Made by a program: the position numbers and the translations under genes. From Octopus sinensis (Eukaryota), in contig NW_021828125.1 in NCBI RefSeq assembly GCF_006345805.1, forward strand, positions 1 through 9,024: a stretch of 9,024 nucleotides of DNA, written 5' to 3'. The number at the start of each line of letters is the position of its first letter. The first letter of the stretch is position 1. A model generated the notes under the pieces. That model did no database searches and had not been told where the DNA came from. It saw only the letters and a program-made list of their open reading frames with translations. Shown here piece after piece: positions 1 to 8,762 of this stretch.

Positions 1-15
1 TTTCGGATCTCTTCG

Positions 16-796
16 TTGATCTTCTTCAGTTGCTTATGAAGTTTAGATGTTTAGACTGGTAGGCCTGTGGTATTTTCTAATGGCTGCGTCTCAACTACTA
101 ACTCTCATACCATATATCATTACCTCTACTAAGTTGTGATCTGAGAGAATTGTTGGTGTTACCATTATGTTGTGGATGAGCATCGGGTTGCTTGTGAAAC
201 AGAGGTCCAAGACATTCTCACCTCTTGTTGGCCAAAGCACTGCTTGCTCCATGAAAAACTTGCGTGTGAGAGCCAACAAGGACTCTGTCTGTCTCTGTTT
301 AAGTGATGTCATTCCAGGGAGGAGATGGCCATCTGGCCATTTGACTTTCGGAAGGTTAAAATCTCCCAGCAGTAGAATGTGTTACCCTGGTCAGTTTGTC
401 CAGGACTTCTTCTATTCTTCTGAGGCTATCTTCAAACACTCCTTCATGATTAGGGGTGTCTGGTGGCCGATATGTGACACATATTACTATTTTCGGTTGT
501 TTCATGTGTACTATCAGTGTGTCACAGGACTGAGTGTGAGTGTGTCAACAGTACTATGGGGTGTGAATCTTTCACGGACGTACAGGGCAACCCACCATGA
601 GTTCTTTCCTTCCTGTCTGACCGAAAAACAGTATACTTTGGTATGTGTATTTCTGCATCTGCTATACTGCTTGACAGGTGCGTTTCAGTCAGCGCTATGC
701 ATATTGCATGGTTGCTTGTGCTTAAGTCCCTAAGGTAAGGAATTTTACTCATATTAGTGGGTTTCACCAGACTCTGACATTCAGCAGAAGCACTGG
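16..796 (-). pseudogene. LINE ORF2 N-terminus: apurinic-like (APE/EEP) endonuclease, frameshifted
   Basis: LLLNVR (773-790), KIPYLRDL..IALTETHL..YTVFRSDRKERTHGG (522-767), LLGDFNLPKVKW (~340-375), VLDLCFTSN..LSDHNLV (91-312), spread over several frames. Confidence 0.9.
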
Positions 797-849
797 TGAG
801 ATATTTGGGGTGTCAATAAAGGCTGTCGGTGTGGCACCTGGGCTTGGTG

Positions 850-1299
850 TCAGCGGTGGCCACCCTGGGTCCCTTGATTGTGGTGGTCTTGAGTGCGTTG
901 TGAGTGCCCCTGGCTCTGAAGACGATGTATCCAGGCCAGTTGTCCCACAATTTTCTCTGCTATTTCCACAAAATTTCTTTGTTCTGCTGCCGCCGTCTGC
1001 GTTTCCTCTGCAAATGTGCGCCTTCTCCTTGTTGGGGCATTCCGCACTATGTCTGCATATTTCTGGGGCAGCTTGTATTTGTTCTGGTTTTGGTTTCGGT
1101 CTTGGTTTTGGTTTCGGTCTTGGTTTTGGTTAAGGCATTTTGGTCGAGTGGGTTTGATGCAATTTCCATAGGGCCTGGGATGAGCGAACCTGTTTCTCCA
1201 TGCCAGCAGGTTCCATTCCGGAAGAATTTGCATGTTATCTGGGTTTTCTTGTCCCCAGTTCCTCTCTGTTTTTTCTTCCTCCGTTGGACGGTTGTCCAC
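850..1299 (-). pseudogene. 3' remnant of LINE ORF1 (5'-truncated; degenerate CCCH-like finger, NQNQDR repeats)
   Basis: Open frame directly upstream of and overlapping the ORF2 frame; CKFFRNGTCWHG and RFAHP lie in adjacent frames at about 1170-1232. Called from position, not from a homology search. Confidence 0.6.
1085..1131. repeat. 18-bp tandem repeat x2.6 (TGGTTTTGGTTTCGGTCT)
   Basis: Units at 1085-1102, 1103-1120 and partial 1121-1131; second copy at 8269-8315. Confidence 0.95.
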
Positions 1300-1306
1300 T
1301 GGTTCC

Positions 1307-1318
1307 TATATATATATA

Positions 1319-1369
<51 letters not shown>

Positions 1370-1405
1370 GTATATATATATATATATATTATATATATAT
1401 AGATG

Positions 1406-1446
<41 letters not shown>

Positions 1447-1449
1447 GTA

Positions 1450-1506
<57 letters not shown>

Positions 1507-1581
1507 TAATATTATATTTATGTATATAATAATATATATATAGGTGTGTGTGTATATATATTATATATATATATATATATA
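1307..1581. repeat. Interrupted (TA)n microsatellite
   Basis: Directly visible; has tg, ga and aa interruptions and a short (GT)n. Confidence 0.99.
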
Positions 1582-1729
1582 ATTATGTGAAATAGAAAGA
1601 TGAATAATCTTGTGGTAGATTAATCAAAAGTTAACGATACCTTAGTAGCAAAAATCACAGCAGTAAACAGCACGGTTGGAGGTAAAACCATATGGGTTGC
1701 CACCGTGCGTTGGTGCGGATAATTGAAAT

Positions 1730-2272
1730 TAAAACATTATTGGTGAATTGAAGAAATGGAGCTGAACGCAGATTGAACAGAAATCGTTTTATTTCATTCT
1801 ACACGTGTTTCAAAAGGCACAAATTACCAAAATCCGATTGAATAATGGGACCATATTGTGTCTTTCTCTTCAGGAAGAAAATAGGAAATCCGTTGGAAAA
1901 ACAAAAACAGAACAGAGGCGGAGCAAAAACAAATCGAACTATGCTCCTAAGAGCCCATGGCGAAACTGTTTATCAGTGTATGTTGAGAACCGGTGGCTGA
2001 AGAATTTAACGGGTCAGGCATCGGTCAATCATGTGGGTGAGGGTGTGTGGGTGTTCTTTGTGACCGAGAATAAAGTTCTGACTATTTAAGGAATATTGGA
2101 TGTTTTATAAGGGGCGAGAAAAATCTACTTAGAGACGTGTGTGTGTGTATACTGTTCTATATATGTGTGTGTTGGCGTAGGGGTAGAAAACATTTTTGTG
2201 TACGTGTGTGCGTTTGATCGTTCGGCTGTCAGTGGCTACTGCCGCGAGAACCGTTGGGTGGCACAAAAAAAA
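1730..2272. repeat. Left arm of ~540-bp inverted repeat (pLTR)
   Basis: Reverse complement of 2828-3369, with a handful of substitutions (e.g. ccgttggg/ccattggg, ctgact/ctgagt) and small indels. Confidence 0.96.
1790..1883 (-). ncRNA. Type I hammerhead ribozyme, family B (GUA site; cleavage predicted between 1800 and 1799)
   Basis: Minus strand reads TATTTTCTTC-CTGAAGA-GAAAG..CTTTT-GAAA-C-ACGT-G-TA-GAATGAAATA. Stem I has 9 of 10 pairs (one G-U), stem II is GAAAG/CTTTT extended by CACAA/TTGTG, stem III is the minimal palindrome CACGTG. Confidence 0.85.
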
Positions 2273-2452
2273 TTATATATTATGTTTATGTGTGTGTGTG
2301 GTTCATCTAAGCCTGCCTTGTCAAGGAAACCCCCCGCTGTGAAAAAACCAAGCCCCGTTTGTCTAACAGGAGTAATTCCCCTTGCAGTGGTTAATCGTAG
2401 ATATCTTAAAGGCTATTTCAGAATTTGTTACCAAGGGCTATGGGTGCCGGTA

Positions 2453-2830
2453 TTATTTATAAACGCTATTTAAAACCAGATAAGTGTAACGCCGCCAATG
2501 GGGCATCGAAAAGCCGACTGTAAAAGCCCGTTTACCATCCGGCCTCTGGCAAACAAAATATGGAAGAGTTCGGAGACACAAAGGTTGCACTGCCTTCTGC
2601 CCCTATCAAATGGGAGGGCCGCCGACAAAATTGACCATTCCAGCCTGTAGCTTAAGTTCGTATCCTTCAGTCGCCATATTAGCTTACTGAGTCCCGTGGT
2701 CTGGCGCTTGTTCATGTCCCGAAAAGTTGCGTAATGGTTGGAGACACGCAAAGACAATCTTGAGGATGAGGCCCCTACATAAGTGAAGACATCTGAGTCC
2801 GTGTAAACCTTGCATTGGTAGACAGCGTTT
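2453..2830 (-). pseudogene. GIY-YIG endonuclease domain (C-terminus of a PLE ORF), 5'-truncated
   Basis: Within ORF 2470..2964: AVY (2818-2826), YVG (2773-2781), RVSNH, LSKLIWRLK, LEWSIL, CNLCVSE (CNLC 2578-2589), MVN. Residues encoded upstream of 2828 come from the inverted repeat and are not homologous. Confidence 0.85.
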
Positions 2831-3369
2831 TTTTTCTGCCACCCAATGGTTCTCGCGGCAGTAGCCACTGACAGCCGAACGATCAAACGCACACACGTAC
2901 ACAAAAAATGTTTTCTACCCCTACGCCAACACACACATATATAGAACAGTATACACACACACACGTCTCTAAGTAGATTTCTTCTCGTCCCTTATAAAAC
3001 ATCCAATATTCCTTAAATACTCAGAACTTTATTCTCGGTCACAAAGAACACCCACACACCCTCACCCACATGATTGACCGATGCCTGACCCGTTAAATTC
3101 TTCAGCCACCGGTTCTCAACATACACTGATAAAGTTTCGCCATGGGCTCTTAGGAGCATAGTTCGATTTGTTTTTGCTCCGCCTCTGTTCTGTTTTTGTT
3201 TTTCCAACGGATTTCCTATTTTCTTCTGAAAGAGAAAGACACAATATGGTCCCATTATTCAATCGGATTTTGGTAATTTGTGCCTTTTGAAACACGTGTA
3301 GAATGAAATAAAACGATTTCTGTTCAATCTGCGTTCAGCTCCATTTCTTCAATTCACCATAATGTTTTA
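2828..3369. repeat. Right arm of ~540-bp inverted repeat (pLTR)
   Basis: Reverse complement of 1730-2272; mirror ORFs 1805..2089(+) and 3013..3255(-). Confidence 0.96.
3217..3310 (+). ncRNA. Type I hammerhead ribozyme, family B, variant core (CTGAAAGA); GUA site at 3298-3300
   Basis: TATTTTCTT-CTGAAAGA-GAAAG..CTTTT-GAAAC-ACGT-GTA-GAATGAAATA; one C lost from stem I and one A gained in the core relative to 1790-1883. Confidence 0.7.
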
Positions 3370-3750
<381 letters not shown>

Positions 3751-3899
3751 AAATAAATATAAGAGAGTGGTCACTATATGGCTCACTCTAGCACCAGTTA
3801 ATTCAAAAGGTTTCAACCACAAAAATACATGTTTCCCATGAAAGTCAGTACGATTGTTAGCTCCCACGGACAGGACGCAAATAAAAAATAACAAAAATA

Positions 3900-3995
3900 C
3901 AGATTATTTTGGGACAATTGTTTCGCTATTAATGAATTAAATGTAATTTTACTTACAAAAAAATCCACTTGTAGCTCGTCAGCCAAAACTATCTG
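3900..3995 (-). ncRNA. Type I hammerhead ribozyme, family A (best-conserved copy; GUC site)
   Basis: Minus strand reads CAGATAGTTTTGG-CTGACGA-GCTA-(43 nt)-TAGC-GAAA-C-AATT-G-TC-CCAAAATAATCTG. Stem I has 12 of 13 pairs (one G-U), stem II is GCTA/TAGC, stem III is the palindrome CAATTG. Confidence 0.9.
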
Positions 3996-4013
3996 GATGG
4001 AGTGGATTTCATC

Positions 4014-4106
4014 CAGATAGTTTTGGCTGACGAGCTACAGTGGATTTTTTTGTAAGTAAAATTACATTTATTCATTAATAGCGAAACAATTGTCCAAAAT
4101 AATCTG
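4014..4106 (+). ncRNA. Type I hammerhead ribozyme, family A (GUC at 4092-4094)
   Basis: CAGATAGTTTTGG-CTGACGA-GCTA..TAGC-GAAAC-AATT-GTC-CAAAATAATCTG; one C missing after the cleavage triplet. Confidence 0.85.
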
Positions 4107-4540
4107 TATTTTTGTTATTTTTTATTTGCCCTGTCCGTGTGAGCTAACAATCGTACTGACTTTCATGGAAACATGTATTTTTGTGGTTGAAACCTTCTGG
4201 ATTAACTGGTGCTAGATTGAGCCATATAGTGACCACTCTTTTATTTATTTTGTAAAAATATTATAATATATTATAAAATATATAATAATCCAGGTTTCTC
4301 GGAGCACTAGGCCACTTGGTGTTGAATAGATATACTATTAAATTAGTATCTAATTCTCTCACCTTATAATTAATTATAATTATGATGCATTTATTTCTAA
4401 ATGCAGTATTTGTTTTCCGTGAGGGAGTTGGCGCGCTGTTAGTTGGGGCATTTGAATTATAACGTCGGATGTAATCAATTGAACCACACGCGTATTTATC
4501 GTTATGGTAAAATCTGGCGTGTGATTGAGTGGATTTCATC

Positions 4541-4634
4541 CAGATAGTTTGGCTGACGAGCTACAAGTGGTTTTTTTTGTAAGTAAAATTACATTTAATT
4601 CATTAATAGCGAAACAATGTCCCAAAATAATCTG
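4541..4634 (+). ncRNA. Type I hammerhead ribozyme, family A (GUC at 4619-4621)
   Basis: CAGATAGTTTGG-CTGACGA-GCTA..TAGC-GAAAC-AAT-GTC-CCAAAATAATCTG; one T missing in stem I and one in loop III. Confidence 0.85.
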
Positions 4635-4910
4635 TATTTTTGTTATTTTTTATTTTGCCCTGTCCGTGTGAGCTAACAATCGTACTGACTTTCATGGGAA
4701 ACATGTATTTTTGTGGTTGAAACCTTTTGGATTAACTGGTGCTAGAGTGAGCCATATAGTGACCACTCTGTTTATTTATTTTGTAAAAATATTATAATAT
4801 ATTATAAAATATTATAATAATCCAGGTTTCTCGGAGCACTAGGCCACTTGGTGTTGAATAGATATACTATTAAATTAGTATCTAATTCTCTCACCCTTAT
4901 TAATTAATTA

Positions 4911-4925
4911 TATATATATATATAT

Positions 4926-4965
<40 letters not shown>
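4911..4965. repeat. Short interrupted (TA)n microsatellite
   Basis: Directly visible between the hammerhead element and the LINE tail. Confidence 0.97.
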
Positions 4966-4966
<1 letters not shown>

Positions 4967-5024
4967 CTCTTTTACTCTTTTACTTGTTTCAGCCATCCGG
5001 CTGAGGCCATGCTGGGGCACCGCC
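4966..5024 (-). other. LINE 3' terminus: GGCGGTGCCCCAGCATGGCC, hairpin TCAGCC-GGAT-GGCTGA, (AAAAGAGT)2 tail
   Basis: Perfect 6-bp stem at 4989-4994/4999-5004; actctttt repeats at 4966-4973 and 4974-4981. Confidence 0.8.
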
Positions 5025-5040
5025 CTTGTTGCTACCCTCT

Positions 5041-7980
5041 CTAAGTCCAGTTTGCCGTGGCTGGCCACTGATCTAAGAGAGAGTTTGTAGCTGCTGCCCT
5101 TAGGTTACCTTCGTACCTTGTAGTGGGTTCATCTGGGATCCCGGAAAGCAGCTTGTCTAGATGTCCACATCCGCATCATGTAGATCTCTTAGTTTTCTTG
5201 GCAGGTTGTTGAACAGCTGAGGGCCCCTGAACCCCAGGCTGTTACAGTATCTGCTCCTTACCCTGGATGTGGAAGACGGGACCTTTGGCACCACACAGTG
5301 ACGTCCTGTACGGGGATTGGAACAGCTCTCAATTCCAAAATTTGGTGCTAGTCCCTCCAGGATTTTCCATATGTATATCACTGCATATCTCTCTCGTCTT
5401 CGTTCCAAGGAGTACAAAATGAGTTCCCTAAGCCTCTCCCAATAGTTCTTTCTTTCATGGTGGAAATCCTCTTGGTGAAATGTCTTGGATTGTCTCAGCT
5501 CTGTGGTTAGTTTGACACTATGCGGTGACCACAGTTGGGAGCAGTAGTCCAGCGGGCTTAGGACAAATGTCCTCCATAGTGTCAACATGGTCTCGCAGTC
5601 TCTTGTCCGGAATGTCCTCAGGATCCAGCCAGTGAGTCGTTGCACATTGTCGCCACCTTCGCGATGGTGAAGAAAAAGATGCATCGTGACTCATGTCGAT
5701 CCCCAGGTCCGTATTGATTTCGATACTGGGATTTCGATCCCTCCTGGACCAGTATAGTTGTGTTGTAATGTATATGTGTTTACAGCTTGATATTGTAAGG
5801 CTTGAAATTTACCAGCATTAAATTGCATGTTGTTGTCTTCAGCCCATTTGTATATGGCATCCAGATCTTGTTGTTTAAAAGGTCAGCATCAGCTGGGTTT
5901 TTGATTGCCTGTGCTACCTTTGTGTCATCAGCATAGCTAGTGAGGGATGTTGTTTGTGCTACCAAGGGGCATGTCAGAGAGCGCCACAAAAACAGCAAGG
6001 GTCCCAAGACTGTGCCCTGTGGCACCCGCTTGCTATTGGTGTCTTTCCCGAGAGGGCTCCATTGGCTGCAACCATCTGGCTTCTGTCCTTCAGGAAGTCA
6101 TGTATCCACTCACCTACTTTTCCTGTTATGCCGAGTCTGAGTAATTTGTGACATATCACTCCGTGGTCGACTTTGTCAAAGGCCTTCGCAAAGTCGAGAT
6201 ATACCACATCCACCTGTGAGCGATCCAGTAGTTGTTTCAGTACCCAGTCGTAGTGTTGTAACAGCTGCGTAAGGCAGCTTCTTCCTGGGCGAAAGCCATG
6301 CTGTGTGTCAGTGAGACGGTTAGTTTTTCGAGGAACGTGATCAGTTTTTTTCTGATGATTCGTTCCATGACCTTACTTAATGTGTGACCTCAGGGAGACT
6401 GGCCTGTAGTTTTTTGGCCTCTGCTCTACTCCCTCCTTTGTGGATAGGGCATATGGTGCCTTCTTTTAGCGCCCTGGGCAGTTTACCGTTAGCCAAGGAA
6501 CCACTGAAGAGCTTCTTCAGTGGTCCCGCTAGGGCATGCCAGCATGTCTTTAGGAGGACTGCTGGAATCCATCTGGTCCAGCAGCTGAGTTTATTCTCAT
6601 TTCTTCTATGGCAGATATTACATCCCTCTCTGTTATGTCTATGTGGTCGATGGTTGTTGTTTGTTTTTGGAGTGTTATGGCATCAAAGAAAACTTCTGGG
6701 TTTGTGATTTGCATGTGCCCCAGAGGGGATGTGAACACACTTTTATAACTGTTCCTTTAGTATTTCACTTATCCCTTGGGGGTCCTCAGTTAGAGAGCCC
6801 TTTTTATCAAAGAGTGGGCCCAATCTTGCAGTGTACCGAGGTTGGTTTCTTTCGCAAATTAAAGAAGGCTTTAGGGTTGTTTTAATATTCTCTATGGCCC
6901 TGGTTCTTCTCTGCCCTCTCTTCTCATAGGAAAGTTTGAGTGCAGTTTCCGTTTCAAAAAAGTTTCAGGTGGAGTCCCTCATTGTTTCTCTGCCGTGCAT
7001 TCAGTTGCTTCGAGAGCTTAGCTCTTCGCCTCATAAGTATTTTCCTGTCTCTGGGAATAACGTTCCTATGCCCGCTGGCTTTTTTCTCCGGGACAAACTT
7101 ATGGCATATGTTCTGTATTGTTGTCATGAATGTTGGAAATGTGTGTTGGTGTCTTGTGTGGTGATGAAGTCACTCCAGTCATGTTTTCGGATCTCTTCGT
7201 TGATCTTCTTCAGTTGCTTATGAAGTTTAGATGTTTAGACTGGTAGGCCTGTGGTATTTTCTAATGGCTGCGTCTCAACTACTAACTCTCATACCATATA
7301 TCATTACCTCTACTAAGTTGTGATCTGAGAGAATTGTTGGTGTTACCATTATGTTGTGGATGAGCATCGGGTTGCTTGTGAAACAGAGGTCCAAGACATT
7401 CTCACCTCTTGTTGGCCAAAGCACTGCTTGCTCCATGAAAAACTTGCGTGTGAGAGCCAACAAGGACTCTGTCTGTCTCTGTTTAAGTGATGTCATTCCA
7501 GGGAGGAGATGGCCATCTGGCCATTTGACTTTCGGAAGGTTAAAATCTCCCAGCAGTAGAATGTGTTACCCTGGTCAGTTTGTCCAGGACTTCTTCTATT
7601 CTTCTGAGGCTATCTTCAAACACTCCTTCATGATTAGGGGTGTCTGGTGGCCGATATGTGACACATATTACTATTTTCGGTTGTTTCATGTGTACTATCA
7701 GTGTGTCACAGGACTGAGTGTGAGTGTGTCAACAGTACTATGGGGTGTGAATCTTTCACGGACGTACAGGGCAACCCACCATGAGTTCTTTCCTTCCTGT
7801 CTGACCGAAAAACAGTATACTTTGGTATGTGTATTTCTGCATCTGCTATACTGCTTGACAGGTGCGTTTCAGTCAGCGCTATGCATATTGCATGGTTGCT
7901 TGTGCTTAAGTCCCTAAGGTAAGGAATTTTACTCATATTAGTGGGTTTCACCAGACTCTGACATTCAGCAGAAGCACTGG
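5041..7980 (-). pseudogene. LINE ORF2 (APE endonuclease + reverse transcriptase), multiply frameshifted
   Basis: RT motifs: SAAGPDG, KGGSRAEAK.YRPVSL, QHGFRPGRSCLTQL, YLDFAKAFDKVDH, PQGTVLGPLLF, SYADDTK. C-terminal LDYCSQLWSP, LERRRER and (other frame) LDKLLSGIPDEP ending at TAG 5041-5043. Confidence 0.95.
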
Positions 7981-8033
7981 TGAGATATTTGGGGTGTCAA
8001 TAAAGGCTGTCGGTGTGGCACCTGGGCTTGGTG

Positions 8034-8480
8034 TCAGCGGTGGCCACCCTGGGTCCCTTGATTGTGGTGGTCTTGAGTGCGTTGTGAGTGCCCCTGGCTC
8101 TGAAGACGATGTATCCAGGCCAGTTGTCCCACAATTTTCTCTGCTATTTCCACAAAATTTCTTTGTTCTGCTGCCGCCGTCTGCGTTTCCTCTGCAAATG
8201 TGCGCCTTCTCCTTGTTGGGGCATTCCGCACTATGTCTGCATATTTCTGGGGCAGCTTGTATTTGTTCTGGTTTTGGTTTCGGTCTTGGTTTTGGTTTCG
8301 GTCTTGGTTTTGGTTAAGGCATTTTGGTCGAGTGGGTTTGATGCAATTTCCATAGGGCCTGGGATGAGCGAACCTGTTTCTCCATGCCAGCAGGTTCCAT
8401 TCCGGAAGAATTTGCATGTTATTGGGTTTTCTTGTCCCCAGTTCCTCTCTGTTTTTTTCCTCCGTTGGACGGTTGTCCAC
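8034..8480 (-). pseudogene. 3' remnant of LINE ORF1 (copy B)
   Basis: Duplicate of 850-1299 with a 3-nt net deletion near its 5' end. Confidence 0.6.
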
Positions 8481-8487
8481 TGGTTCC

Positions 8488-8499
8488 TATATATATATA

Positions 8500-8550
<51 letters not shown>

Positions 8551-8586
8551 GTATATATATATATATATATTATATATATATAGATG

Positions 8587-8627
<41 letters not shown>

Positions 8628-8630
8628 GTA

Positions 8631-8687
<57 letters not shown>

Positions 8688-8762
8688 TAATATTATATTT
8701 ATGTATATAATAATATATATATAGGTGTGTGTGTATATATATTATATATATATATATATATA
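8488..8762. repeat. Interrupted (TA)n microsatellite (duplicate of 1307-1581)
   Basis: Same length and interruption pattern at offset 7181. Confidence 0.99.

Larger units (their letters stand above)
1..1306 (-). mobile_element. Partial copy of the non-LTR retrotransposon (ORF1 remnant + APE endonuclease region)
   Basis: Near-identical to 7185-8487; APE motifs ALTETHL, GDFN, LDLCFTSN and SDHNLV on the minus strand. Confidence 0.93.
1..1844. repeat. Copy A of a long direct repeat (7,184-bp period); truncated by window start
   Basis: 1-1844 matches 7185-9024; the ORF track repeats with offset 7184 (91/7275, 167/7351, 522/7706, 810/7994). Differences seen: deletions in copy B near 1239, 1270-1277 (2 nt) and 1792. 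Confidence 0.97.
1582..3369 (-). mobile_element. 5'-truncated Penelope-like element (PLE) with inverted pseudo-LTR
   Basis: Read on the minus strand: inverted pLTR (3369-2828), GIY-YIG 3' fragment (2827-2453), 3' UTR, sense pLTR (2272-1730), ~150-bp extension (1729-1582). Hammerhead in the pLTR; both ends merge into (TA)n. Confidence 0.8.
4966..8487 (-). mobile_element. Non-LTR retrotransposon (LINE, CR1-group-like), 5'-truncated within ORF1, 3' end intact
   Basis: Order on the minus strand: ORF1 remnant, APE, RT, C-terminal region, short 3' UTR with hairpin, (AAAAGAGT)2 tail. Clade inferred from motifs such as YCSQLWSP and LERRRER. Confidence 0.95.

Noticed and set aside
167-733. Plus-strand ORFs over the LINE (167..733, 810..1133, 5940..6151, 6384..6707, 6643..6885, 6936..7223, 7351..7917, 7994..8317)
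   Set aside because: They are antisense shadows of ORF1/ORF2 with no recognisable motifs.
904-1509. 201-aa ORF with a YI-rich tail (also 3388..3894, 3492..3704, 8088..8690)
   Set aside because: These are translations of (TA)n microsatellite and LINE antisense; not genes.
1-1844. Terminal direct repeats as LTRs of an LTR retrotransposon
   Set aside because: The repeat starts inside a LINE ORF2, includes a microsatellite, and there is no gag, protease or integrase, PBS or TG..CA.
1962-2003. GAAAC (1962-1966) and CTGAAGA (1997-2003) on the plus strand as another hammerhead
   Set aside because: The base at the cleavage position would be G, and stems I and II cannot be formed.
1805-2473. ORFs 1805..2089, 2141..2473 and mirrors 2684..2902, 3013..3255
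   Set aside because: They lie in pLTR/UTR sequence, are broken differently in the two arms, and have no domain-like motifs.
4261-4539. 92-aa minus-strand ORF in the 527-bp unit
   Set aside because: AT-rich, antisense to the hammerhead strand, not preserved in the second unit, and has no recognisable motif.
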